Part shown: positions 1-8,709 of the stretch, one piece after another | Numbering within the stretch: the first letter of the stretch is position 1 | Layout of the letters: each line of letters opens with the position of its first letter | Source: a bacterium | GTDB lineage: Bacteria; Electryoneota; Electryoneia; Electryoneales; Electryoneaceae | Length of the DNA stretch: 34,233 nt | Direction of reading: 5' to 3' | NCBI GenBank assembly: GCA_043801585.1 | Contig: JAZDLX010000013.1 | Span: forward strand, 1 to 34,233 | Notes under the pieces: generated by a model | What the model saw: the letters and a program-made list of their open reading frames with translations, nothing else | Told to the model about the DNA's origin: nothing | The model's database searches: none | Program-made: the position numbers and the translations under genes

Positions 1-60
1 GAGAACGCCGACGACCTGACGCTGACCCGAGCCCTGGAGGGGCGGCGCGAACTGGATTGA
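1..60 (+). CDS. 3' end of an upstream CDS, product unknown (partial)
   Basis: Frame 1 reads ENADDLTLTRALEGRRELD* with GC-rich third positions; TGA at 58-60. Confidence 0.45.
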   Translation, partial: ENADDLTLTRALEGRRELD

Positions 61-181
61 TGCAGGGGCGACGGACTGACACTTGTGCCCACGGTTTCTC
101 CTGCTCAAATTGTGCTTTCTGGCCCCCGGCCCACGGGGGGGCTTGCCGTTTGCAGCTCGATGACAGCAATGGAGGTGGAAG

Positions 182-430
182 ATGAAGCTGAAACCTGTTG
201 CGCTTGGCCTTGCTTTTGGGATTCTCTGGGGCGTTGGCCTGATGCTCATCACCTGGTGGTTCATGATCGTCGGATCGCCCGGTAGCACGTTGGCGAGACT
301 CGGGATCGTCTACCTGGGATACCACGTTAGTTTCGGCGGTGGAATCATCGGCCTGATCTGGGGGTTCATCGACGGGTTCATCGGCGGTGTGGTTTTCGGC
401 TGGCTGTACAACAAATTCGTCCGGGAATAG
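182..430 (+). CDS. Small Gly-rich membrane protein (family often annotated 'bacteriophage holin')
   Basis: 82 aa, GGAGGTGG RBS at 171-178, hydrophobic helices, motif GLIWGFIDGFIGG..FGWLYN. Confidence 0.75.
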   Translation: MKLKPVALGLAFGILWGVGLMLITWWFMIVGSPGSTLARLGIVYLGYHVSFGGGIIGLIWGFIDGFIGGVVFGWLYNKFVRE

Positions 431-814
431 ACTGTTCGCCTGCGGATTTTTCTCGTCCGTGAAGGAACAGAACACCACCGCCGAATTTTCGTATCCGCCT
501 GTTTGTGCGAGTTTTGTCTACTCTGCTGGACGGACCCAGAGGTTGCGCTCCTGGATGAAACCGGGAATGCAATCGATGGAATCGCCATGCTCAGACACCC
601 TGAGGGAGGGGAAGCGGGGCGGAGCGGCCAGAAAATGAGTCATCTCGTTGTTTTTCGTTATCTCGCGGCGAACGGAGTTCAATGCTTGCACTCTATAGTG
701 TAGGCCGTATTGTCCATGTCTCCGGGAGACGCAAATGGATCGCGTTGATAATGCCCAACCTACCATGTTAGCCACCCCTAACCCATTGACTTTCCTTGCA
801 ATTAGGTGCTCACT

Positions 815-832
815 ATGCGATATTTGTCACAT
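815..832 (+). promoter_or_regulatory. Rex/CRP-FNR-like operator upstream of nifJ
   Basis: ATGCGATATTTGTCACAT fits TGTGA-N6-TCACA with one mismatch; TTGACT hexamer at 786-791. Confidence 0.5.
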
Positions 833-873
833 CGAAAGACACGGCCCTGAAAAGGGGAGCACTCTCGTGCCGG

Positions 874-909
874 GCCCGGCCTTCGCGCATGCAGAAGCGG
901 GCTTTTTTT
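874..909 (+). terminator. Terminator-like hairpin in the nifJ leader
   Basis: GCCCG-gc-CTTC...GAAG-CGGGC followed by T7 (903-909), 30 nt before the ATG. Confidence 0.45.
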
Positions 910-939
910 GCGATAGAACCAACCGTAAGGAGTCAAACG

Positions 940-3900
940 ATGGCCGGCAAGTTCGTCACCATCGACGGGAACGAAGCGACGGCTTATGTCGCCCACAAGG
1001 TAAACGAAATCTGCGCGATCTATCCGATTACCCCCTCTTCCAGCATGGGTGAATGGGCTGACGAATGGTCGGCACAGGGGCGAAAGAACATCTGGGGCAC
1101 GGTTCCCCAGGTTGTTGAAATGCAGTCCGAGGGAGGTGCTTCGGCTGCTGTCCACGGCGCTTTGCAGACTGGAGCCCTGACGACAACGTTCACTGCATCG
1201 CAGGGACTGTTGCTGATGATTCCGACGATGTTCAAGATCGCCGGGGAGTTGACCAGCACAGTTTTCCATGTTTCGGCACGTACTATCGCGACCCATGCCC
1301 TCTCGATCTTTGGCGACCACAGCGACATCAACGCAGTGCGTACCACGGGATGGGCGTTGCTCGCCTCGAACAGCCCCCAGGAAGCTCAAGACATCGCGCT
1401 GATTGCTCAGGCGGCGACGTTGAAGGCACGTGTGCCCTTTGTCCACTTTTTCGACGGATTCCGGACGAGTGCGGAAGTGCAGAAGATCGAGCAGCTCGAT
1501 GACTCGGTGATCCGTGCGATGATCGATGACAATTTCGTGCGTGCCCACCGCGCCCGTGGAATGACGCCGGAGAAACCGGTGCTGCGTGGTTCGAGCCAGA
1601 ATCCGGACGTGTTCTTCCAGGCCCGTGAGACGGTGAACAAGTACTACACTGCGGTGCCGGGAATTGTTCAGGAGTCAATGGATGCGTTCGCGAAACTGAC
1701 AGGCCGCCAATACCACCTTTACGAGTATCTCGGCGCTCCCGACGCGGAGCGTGTGATTATCCTGATGGGTTCGGGTGCTGAAGCCGTGCATGAAACGGTG
1801 GATTACCTCGTCGCCAAAGGCGAGAAAGTTGGTGTTCTGAAGGTGCGCCTCTATCGTCCTTTCGCTGCGGAGGCGTTTGTCAAGGCGCTGCCGAAGAGCG
1901 TGAAATGGATCTCTGTTCTTGACCGCACCAAGGAACCGGGCGCCACGGGCGAACCGCTTTACCTGGATGTGATCAGCTCCATCGATGAGTTTGGTGGCGA
2001 TTTCGCGCCGAAGGTTGTCGGTGGTCGCTATGGCCTCTCGTCAAAAGAGTTCACTCCCGCGATGATCAAGGGTGTTTATGACGAGTTGAAGCAAGACAAA
2101 CCGAAGAATCACTTTACCGTCGGCATCAAGGACGATGTGACACATACCAGTATCGACTACGATCCCAGCTTCAACGTTGAAGCGGATGACGTTTTCCGTG
2201 GCAAATTTTTCGGCCTGGGGAGCGACGGCACGGTCGGCGCGAACAAGAACAGCATCAAGATCATCGGCGAAGAGACCGAAAACTACGCCCAGGGTTACTT
2301 CGTTTATGACAGCAAAAAGGCCGGTGCGATTACAACCAGCCACCTTCGGTTCGGACCCCGACCGGTTCACTCGACATACCTGATCGACAGCCCGCAGTTT
2401 GTCGCCTGCCACCAGACAGTGTTCCTCGAGAAATACGACATGCTGTTAGGTATTCGAGAGGGTGGCACCTTCCTGCTGAACACCCCCTATGGCCCGGATG
2501 AAATCTGGGATCAACTGCCCCGTCCGGTGCAGCAGACGATTATCGACAGGAAACTGAGATTCTTCGTCATCGATGCCTACACGGTGGCCCGTGACAACGG
2601 TATGGGTGTGCGGATCAACACGATCATGCAGACCTGTTTCTTCGCGATCAGCGACATCCTTCCCCGTGAAGAGGCGATCGAAAAGATCAAGAGTGCGATC
2701 AAGAAGACCTACGGCAAGAAGGGCGAGCAGGTCGTCCAGATGAACTACAAAGCGGTCGACAACACCCTGGCGAACCTGTCTGAAGTGAAAATTCCGGATA
2801 AGGTGACCAGCACGATCGAGCTGCGGCCCGCTGTCCCCGCTGAAGCTCCGGAATACGTGCAGAAAGTGCTGGGCGAGATCATCGCCGGACGTGGCGACGA
2901 CCTCCCCGTTTCGGCATTCCCCGAAGATGGCACTTTCTCCACGGCGACCACGAGGTGGGAGAAACGGAACATCGCGCTGGAGATTCCAGTCTGGGACGAG
3001 ATCATCTGCATCCAGTGCGGCAAGTGCGTTGTCGTCTGCCCGCACGCCTCGATCCGCGCCAAGGTGTTCGACGCCGAGCTGCTGGCGAAAGCACCCGAGA
3101 CCTTCAAATCCTGCAACTACAAGGGCAAGGAATACGGCGAAGGAAAGAAGTACTCAATCCAGGTGGCGCCCGAGGATTGCACCGGGTGTCAGCTCTGCGT
3201 CGAGGTCTGCCCCGCAGCGGATAAACAGACGGGTAAGAGGGCGCTCGAGATGGCGGACCGGATTCCACTGCGCGCCCCGGAAGCGAAGAACTTCAAATTC
3301 TTCCTCGACGAGATTCCCAATGTGGACCGCAACCTCGTCAAGCGCAACGTAAAAGGCAGCCAGTTCCTCGAGCCGCTCTTTGAATACAGCGGCGCCTGCT
3401 CCGGGTGCGGCGAAACACCCTATGTGAAGCTCGTCAGCCAACTCTTCGGTGACCGCGCGATTATCGCGAACGCCACAGGTTGCTCCTCGATTTACGGCGG
3501 CAACCTGCCGACGACACCGTGGACGATCAACAAGGACGGCCGCGGACCGGCATGGAACAACAGCCTCTTTGAGGATGCCGCTGAATTCGGACTCGGTTTC
3601 CGTTTGACTGTGGACAAACAGAACGAACAGGCGCGCGAACTGGTAGTTAAGCTGAAGGACACCATCGGCGCCGATCTCTCTGCCGCGATCCTTGATGCAG
3701 ACCAGAGCGATGAGCCGGGCATCTTTCAGCAGCGCGAACGTGTCGCCGAGTTGAAGAAAAAACTGGGAGGCAACAAGGCCGCTGACGCACAGAACCTGTT
3801 TTCCATCGCCGACATGCTGGTGAAGAAGAGCGTCTGGTCAATCGGCGGTGACGGCTGGGCGTATGACATCGGCTACGGCGGTCTCGACCATGTCCTCGCC

Positions 3901-4497
3901 AGCGGGCGCAATATCAACCTGCTGGTGCTGGATACCGGGGTCTATTCTAACACGGGCGGGCAGGCGAGCAAGGCGACGCCGCTCGGCGCGGTAGCCAAGT
4001 TCGCCGCCAGCGGCAAGCCCGTGGCCCGCAAGGACCTTGGCATGCTGGCGATGTCCTACGGCTACGTGTATGTCGCACAGGTGGCGATGGGCGCCAGCGA
4101 TGCACAGTTGATCAAGGCGATGCTTGAAGCGGAGGCTTATGACGGTCCGTCGATCATCATCGCCTACAGCCACTGCATCGCGCATGGCATCGACATGGAA
4201 AAGGGTCTGGATGCCCAGAAGGCCGCCGTGGAGTCGGGTGCGTGGATTCTCTTCCGATACAACCCGACGCTGAAAACCGAGGGCAAGAATCCGATGCAGC
4301 TTGACAGCAAGCCGCCGAAAATCTCTGTTGGTGAATGGATGGGCAGCGAGACCCGTTTCCGGATGCTGCACAAGAGCAAGCCGGAACTCGCCGCAAAGCT
4401 GGAGGCGATGGCCGAGAAGGATGTCAAGGCCCGTTTCCGTTACTATCAACAACTCGCGTCGCTTGATTTCTCCGGCAATGGAGACAGTCAGGCCTGA
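940..4497 (+). CDS. nifJ: Pyruvate:ferredoxin (flavodoxin) oxidoreductase, homodimeric type
   Basis: ATG 940 with AAGGAG RBS; motifs YPITP, MQSEGGA, GLGSDGTVGANK, two [4Fe-4S] motifs (CIQCGKC..CP, CTGCQLC..CP), TPP motif GGDGWAYDIG. Confidence 0.97.
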   Translation: MAGKFVTIDGNEATAYVAHKVNEICAIYPITPSSSMGEWADEWSAQGRKNIWGTVPQVVEMQSEGGASAAVHGALQTGALTTTFTASQGLLLMIPTMFKIAGELTSTVFHVSARTIATHALSIFGDHSDINAVRTTGWALLASNSPQEAQDIALIAQAATLKARVPFVHFFDGFRTSAEVQKIEQLDDSVIRAMIDDNFVRAHRARGMTPEKPVLRGSSQNPDVFFQARETVNKYYTAVPGIVQESMDAFAKLTGRQYHLYEYLGAPDAERVIILMGSGAEAVHETVDYLVAKGEKVGVLKVRLYRPFAAEAFVKALPKSVKWISVLDRTKEPGATGEPLYLDVISSIDEFGGDFAPKVVGGRYGLSSKEFTPAMIKGVYDELKQDKPKNHFTVGIKDDVTHTSIDYDPSFNVEADDVFRGKFFGLGSDGTVGANKNSIKIIGEETENYAQGYFVYDSKKAGAITTSHLRFGPRPVHSTYLIDSPQFVACHQTVFLEKYDMLLGIREGGTFLLNTPYGPDEIWDQLPRPVQQTIIDRKLRFFVIDAYTVARDNGMGVRINTIMQTCFFAISDILPREEAIEKIKSAIKKTYGKKGEQVVQMNYKAVDNTLANLSEVKIPDKVTSTIELRPAVPAEAPEYVQKVLGEIIAGRGDDLPVSAFPEDGTFSTATTRWEKRNIALEIPVWDEIICIQCGKCVVVCPHASIRAKVFDAELLAKAPETFKSCNYKGKEYGEGKKYSIQVAPEDCTGCQLCVEVCPAADKQTGKRALEMADRIPLRAPEAKNFKFFLDEIPNVDRNLVKRNVKGSQFLEPLFEYSGACSGCGETPYVKLVSQLFGDRAIIANATGCSSIYGGNLPTTPWTINKDGRGPAWNNSLFEDAAEFGLGFRLTVDKQNEQARELVVKLKDTIGADLSAAILDADQSDEPGIFQQRERVAELKKKLGGNKAADAQNLFSIADMLVKKSVWSIGGDGWAYDIGYGGLDHVLASGRNINLLVLDTGVYSNTGGQASKATPLGAVAKFAASGKPVARKDLGMLAMSYGYVYVAQVAMGASDAQLIKAMLEAEAYDGPSIIIAYSHCIAHGIDMEKGLDAQKAAVESGAWILFRYNPTLKTEGKNPMQLDSKPPKISVGEWMGSETRFRMLHKSKPELAAKLEAMAEKDVKARFRYYQQLASLDFSGNGDSQA

Positions 4498-4544
4498 CGT
4501 TTGATGACTGAGGGGGGCCGGTTCCACGGGAACCGAGCCTGATC

Positions 4545-4581
4545 GAGGAGGGGACCGCTTCGGCGGTTCCCTCTTCGTTTT
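4545..4581 (+). terminator. Intrinsic terminator of nifJ
   Basis: GAGGAGGGGACCGC-TTCG-GCGGTTCCCTCTTC stem with cUUCGg loop, then GTTTT. Confidence 0.8.
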
Positions 4582-4623
4582 CCAGACAGTTTGGAAAATC
4601 AATTCTACCCTAAACCGTCTGGA
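4581..4623. repeat. Palindromic element, copy A
   Basis: TCCAGACAGTTTGG-N15-CTAAACCGTCTGGA; arms recur at 5888-5941. Confidence 0.75.
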
Positions 4624-4951
4624 TATTCATCATCAGTTGCTCTGAGACAGTATACCCCAATGCCGCATTGATGGCATTTGGATATGCTGACCCAAGGTGG
4701 GTTTCCGAAAACAAAGATCCTGTGTTGCACGTCCCTTCGTTACATGCGAGCTTGCACCTTCAGTGCTGCGGTTCACTCATCTTCGGTGGTTGAGGATGAC
4801 TGAAGAATCCCAGGGCGGCCAGCGAGAGCGGCCTGGCATTGCCAACGCCGGAAGTGGAATACGACACCCCGCCACGTTTCTTGCTCACATTAGCGACTTA
4901 AGAGCGGTTACTGCTACAGCATATCAAGGTCATAAAAACAGATAACCACAT

Positions 4952-4978
4952 AAAAACCCCCGGCATGAACCGGGGGTT
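4952..4978 (-). terminator. Intrinsic terminator of the repeat lipoprotein gene
   Basis: Minus strand AACCCCCGG-TTCATG-CCGGGGGTTTTT. Confidence 0.8.
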
Positions 4979-5005
4979 GAACAGCTCGGACGTCAACGAA
5001 AAAGA

Positions 5006-5569
5006 TTACTTCCCTGTGGGTTGCGCGGCAGGTGTTACTTTCGCCGGTTCTGCCGCAGGTTTGGTTATCTCTTCCGCCGGAGCCACTTCCGTCACGGGTT
5101 TGGTTTTAGAAGTGTCTTTCGGCGCTGCCTGCATAGTGGCTGCCGGTGCCGTGGCTGCCGGTGCCGTGGCTGCCGGTGCCGTGGCTGCCGGTGCCGTGGC
5201 TGCCGGTGCTGTAGCCGCCGGTGCCGTGGCCGCCGGTGCCGTGGCTGCCGGTGCCGTGGCTGCCGGTGCCGTGGCTGCCGGTGCCGTAGCCGCCGGTGCC
5301 GTGGCCGCTGGTGCCGTGGCTGCTGGTACCGTGGCCGCTGGTGCCGCTTGCATCATGGCCTTAGCCTTGGAAGTGTCTTTTGGCGCTGTTTCCATTTTAG
5401 GCGCTTCTTTGGCCGGTGCCGCTTCCATCGTGGCCGGGGGTTGCACGACCTTTTGAACCGGTGGTGGAGCCTGCTTCTCCACCGTCTTCTTCTGGATCGC
5501 TGCGCATCCCACAAACAGGACCATTGCGAAGAACGCCATCACAAGCATCACTTTGCCCAATCCGCGCAT
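5006..5569 (-). CDS. Ala/Pro/Thr-rich low-complexity lipoprotein with (APAAT)14
   Basis: GGGAGG RBS, signal peptide with lipobox FVGC, downstream terminator, repeat variation mostly at synonymous positions in this frame. Confidence 0.85.
   Translation of the reverse strand: MRGLGKVMLVMAFFAMVLFVGCAAIQKKTVEKQAPPPVQKVVQPPATMEAAPAKEAPKMETAPKDTSKAKAMMQAAPAATVPAATAPAATAPAATAPAATAPAATAPAATAPAATAPAATAPAATAPAATAPAATAPAATAPAATMQAAPKDTSKTKPVTEVAPAEEITKPAAEPAKVTPAAQPTGK
5136..5345. repeat. Coding tandem repeat, 14 x 15 bp
   Basis: Unit GTGGCTGCCGGTGCC and variants; encodes APAAT (one VPAAT). Confidence 0.95.
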
Positions 5570-5759
5570 CTCTGTATCCTCCCTTTCTTAGTTCTCACTT
5601 TTGCAAGATAGAAAGAGAATGTTCAATTAGTAACGAGATATTCCACTTTCGAACTCGCTGCTCGAGCCAAAAAATCGGAGGAAAAACCGAGGAATCGAAA
5701 TAAAACAAGATTGCAAGGGTGGTGAAGAAACCGGCAAAATCGGGGAAACTGACACAAAC

Positions 5760-5844
5760 TCAGGTATTCTGTCCCAGCTTGCGCGCGGCGGGGAAGAGGA
5801 TGTCGTTGAGGATCAGGCGGCAGCCAGGATTGTTTTTGTGCAGG
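5760..5844 (-). pseudogene. Orphan duplicate of the last 27 codons plus stop of the 6697-8016 gene
   Basis: LHKNNPGCRLILNDILFPAARKLGQNT* vs LHKNSPGYRLILNNILFPAARKQEQKT*; 15 mismatches in 84 nt by manual alignment, no gaps. Confidence 0.9.
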
Positions 5845-5887
5845 GAACCCCTCCCGACCATTCGGGACAGGGGGCTACACTTGCTGC

Positions 5888-5941
5888 GAGTATCCAGACA
5901 GTTTAGAACACTGGTGCATCCCCTGAACCGTCTGGATACTC
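5888..5941. repeat. Palindromic element, copy B
   Basis: GAGTATCCAGACAGTTTAG-N16-CTGAACCGTCTGGATACTC, 17/19 inverted match. Confidence 0.8.
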
Positions 5942-5955
5942 CTCTCTTCACAAGG

Positions 5956-6600
5956 CTACGCGTTGGGAGTCGCTTTATCCTTTTGAAAGAGGAGGACGAA
6001 TCCCACAATTCCCGCAATCAGCAATGTAACATCTTGATAAACCCCAAGTTTCAACGCGGCGATAAAACCGATCAGCGACCAGAGCAACGGTATAATCGCC
6101 ACGGCGATTCGGCCACGGCCCTTCCACCAGAGAAAGATTCCGAAGGTGAAGATGGTCAGCGGGCAGGGGAGCCCAAAGGTCGGCATGGCGGGGTAGGCGT
6201 GACCCGTCATTGGGCTGAGGATGGGGTAGATGACGGTTGCGAAGAGGACAAAGACCCATCCGGGAATACCGCGTGAATCTGTCAGCTCGCCGAAAGAGAA
6301 CGTGTTCTTCACCAGTCCGAAATAGAGAAGGAGGATCGCTTCCAGCAGGTAGACCGCGCCAAAGAGACGGGCGGCGGGATTGATGGGTGCGAAATAGGCC
6401 AGGTGATACATGACGCCTTACCACGCCCAGAGAAACGCAAGGCCAAGGGATGCCCACCGGGCTCCGTTTCCGACCTTGAACACCGCAAGCGCGGCGATGC
6501 CCGCGGCGACGAGGTAGAGCACAATCTGCATCGGCCACACGGCCTGGTTATAGCAGGCGAAGACTCCAAAGAATTGCCCAGGTGTAAATGGCAGGTTCAC
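5956..6600 (-). pseudogene. DUF6064-like membrane protein interrupted by an in-frame TAA
   Basis: GTG 6600 starts NLPFTPGQFFGVFACYNQAVWP...LWAW; TAA at 6418-6420; same frame continues GVMYHLAYFAPINPAA...FGLPCPLTIFTFG...LGVYQD. Confidence 0.75.
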
Positions 6601-6696
6601 AATTTTCCCATTCTGTGAGTGTTGGATGTTGTTTCCGGGAGGGTACGCCCGCAAGGCTGACTGTTCAGCATGGCGAGCATACACTCCCGGGCGCTG

Positions 6697-8016
6697 TCAT
6701 GTTTTTTGTTCCTGCTTGCGTGCTGCCGGGAAAAGAATGTTGTTGAGGATCAGGCGGTAGCCGGGGCTGTTTTTGTGCAGGTTCAGGTCGGTGGGCGGGT
6801 CGCCGATCTGGTGACGGTAGTCCTCCGGGTCGTGACCACCGTAGAATGTCCAGGTCCCTTTGCCGAACGTGCCGTGGATGTACTTAGCGATCCCCAGCCC
6901 CTCCATGCGCCCCATCACAATCACGGCAGGTTTCAAAAATTCCTCACGGAAAGCTGTCGTTTGCCCCATGAATCCTTTGATCACGCTGGTGTGGCATTGG
7001 GTGAGCATCGTTGGCACGGGATCGTGCTTCGCCGAGAATTCGAAAAGGGTGAAGTAGTCACCCCTGTCGCCGCGTGGGCTGATTCCCGTGGACGGCGTAG
7101 CGTCGATGTCGCTGAATTCATATTCGGCGGGGTTCGCTTTCAAGTGGAAATTCTGGAACGCCCAGGTGCGGCTGAAATCGAGTTTCTGCTGCGCTTGAGG
7201 ATCGGGCGGGTCGCCGTCAAAGGGGGCGTCGACGATGTCCACGCCGAGCGCCGCCTGGGCAATGTCATAGCTGTCCGAGGCGCTGCACATGGCAAAGAGG
7301 AAACCGCCATTATCCACATACCGCCGAATGGACTCCACGACGGCGGATTTCATCTGGGATACTTTTTTAAATCCGAGGGAACGGGCGAGGGCTTCCTGCG
7401 AGAGCTGCCGTTGCCGGTACCAGTCGGCATTGCGGTAGGTCGCCCAGAATTTTCCATACTGTCCGGTGAAGTCCTCGTGGTGCAGATGGAGCCAGTCGTA
7501 ATCGGCAAGCCGTCCCGCCAGCACCTCCGGATCGTACACCTTGTCGTAGGAAATCTCCGCGTACTCGAGCACGAGGGTAACGGCGTCATCCCACGGCTCG
7601 TTGTCCGGAGGGACGTAGACCGCGATTTTGGGAGCCTTCTCGAGTTTGATCCGCTCCATGTTGCCGGCATCGATTTCCGCGTAGATCTGGGCAACGGCGG
7701 CGTCCGAGACCCGTTCGGTGCGAACTCCCCTTAGCCGGGCGAGCCGTTCAATGTTCTCGTTGTCGGGAAGCAGGAAGGATCCGCCCCGCCAGTTCAGCAG
7801 CCATTCCGCCTCGGCGCCAGCGGCGAGGGCGTTGTAGGTGATCCCGTAGGCACGCAGATGATCGCTCTGGGTCAGGTCCATCGGAATCAGCAAGTGGTCC
7901 GCTAAAGTGGTCCGGGGCAGGGCGAGGAGGAGCACGGCGGCGAAGAGAAAAAGAAGCAAATGCCGAATCGACGCCTGCCCCATGTCTCTCATTCCGTTAT
8001 CCGTCAACCGGGTCAT
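6697..8016 (-). CDS. Conserved exported protein of the family commonly auto-annotated 'asparagine synthetase B' (class I amidotransferase-like segment); function uncertain
   Basis: Signal peptide; motifs LLIPMD..Q.DHLRAYG, DWLHLHHEDFTGQYGKF, GGFLFAMCSA, YGGHDPEDY, SPGYRLILNNILFPAA. Start uncertain (8016, 7992 or 7983). Confidence 0.75.
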   Translation of the reverse strand: MTRLTDNGMRDMGQASIRHLLLFLFAAVLLLALPRTTLADHLLIPMDLTQSDHLRAYGITYNALAAGAEAEWLLNWRGGSFLLPDNENIERLARLRGVRTERVSDAAVAQIYAEIDAGNMERIKLEKAPKIAVYVPPDNEPWDDAVTLVLEYAEISYDKVYDPEVLAGRLADYDWLHLHHEDFTGQYGKFWATYRNADWYRQRQLSQEALARSLGFKKVSQMKSAVVESIRRYVDNGGFLFAMCSASDSYDIAQAALGVDIVDAPFDGDPPDPQAQQKLDFSRTWAFQNFHLKANPAEYEFSDIDATPSTGISPRGDRGDYFTLFEFSAKHDPVPTMLTQCHTSVIKGFMGQTTAFREEFLKPAVIVMGRMEGLGIAKYIHGTFGKGTWTFYGGHDPEDYRHQIGDPPTDLNLHKNSPGYRLILNNILFPAARKQEQKT

Positions 8017-8078
8017 TGATCCGCCGCCAGGTATCATCGCTGTTGTTTCCTCGAGTGCACGATCTGCTCTGCACACGC

Positions 8079-8630
8079 TCAGGAAAGAGTGGGGTTCCGA
8101 GGGGTGCCGTCTCGCTTCAGTGCGAATTGGGAATTGTACTCGGTTTTGATCGCGCGCGGTGTGCGAGTCTCAACGATCTCGACAAGTTCCTGAACTTGTG
8201 TGGAGCTGTAGAGGCCGCCGGAGATGGAGATTTTTCCCGTCTGAAAGACAAGTCTGATCCTTGAGGATCTCCTCTGCCTGCTTTTCATGTTTCGTGCCGC
8301 GCGGGAAACCTTGACCTCTCGCAGTTCATCGAAGGGATACCAGATCGGCGTGGAGCCGGATCGGGCGATGCCGATTCCGGATGGGCTGTAATAGATCTTT
8401 TTCAGAACCAGCTCGCCGAGAATGTACAGAATCATCAGGGCGATGACGCCCATGGCAACCAGCATCGGCCAGTCGAGCGGACTGGAGATATATTTTTGGT
8501 AATCGATGTTTTTCAACGGACCCTGCATGATGAACAGGATGACCGCGAACACGGGTGCCACCAGTTTCGCAAACTGGGGCTTCAAACGTTTTGCGTCCGG
8601 GTGCAGGGGAAACGGACCTATTCCATCCAT
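8079..8630 (-). CDS. Hypothetical membrane protein (2 TM helices plus basic C-terminal domain)
   Basis: GGAGG RBS, 183 aa, two hydrophobic segments. Confidence 0.75.
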   Translation of the reverse strand: MDGIGPFPLHPDAKRLKPQFAKLVAPVFAVILFIMQGPLKNIDYQKYISSPLDWPMLVAMGVIALMILYILGELVLKKIYYSPSGIGIARSGSTPIWYPFDELREVKVSRAARNMKSRQRRSSRIRLVFQTGKISISGGLYSSTQVQELVEIVETRTPRAIKTEYNSQFALKRDGTPRNPTLS

Positions 8631-8709
8631 GGCATGCCTCCATTGGCCTTTTCATGAAACTACATGAGGTTCCATTTCTCTGCAAAGGATAATAGTGAAG
8701 GATGGTATC

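Noticed and set aside
796..939. N-terminal extensions given by the ORF track (nifJ; likewise glpD, glpK, yfcC, regulator, adaptor)
   Set aside because: Downstream starts have clear RBSs and coincide with the start of family homology.
4625..4950. ORF 4697-4945 or a structured RNA such as 6S
   Set aside because: No RBS or recognisable protein; only local hairpins, no long rod structure I can support.
5136..5345. CRISPR array
   Set aside because: Contiguous 15-bp coding repeats without spacers; no cas genes.
4965..5611. Plus-strand ORFs with (AAGAV)n and (CRGCR)n repeats
   Set aside because: Shadow frames of the minus-strand lipoprotein, which has the RBS, signal peptide and terminator.
5760..6017. 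85-aa ORF ending in the duplicated C-terminus
   Set aside because: Overlaps the DUF6064-like gene out of frame and reads through palindromes; only the last 27 codons are homologous.
6418..6420. Stop-codon recoding or alternative genetic code
   Set aside because: The codon is TAA, which terminates other genes here; no recoding signal seen.
5760..6781. Diversity-generating retroelement TR/VR pair
   Set aside because: 9 of 15 mismatches are at coding-strand adenines, but 6 are not, many are synonymous, the A-bearing copy is the gene rather than the template, and no reverse transcriptase is present.
6697..8016. Assigning asnB function
   Set aside because: No N-terminal Cys Ntn-amidotransferase domain or SGGLDS ATP-pyrophosphatase motif, and it has a signal peptide.
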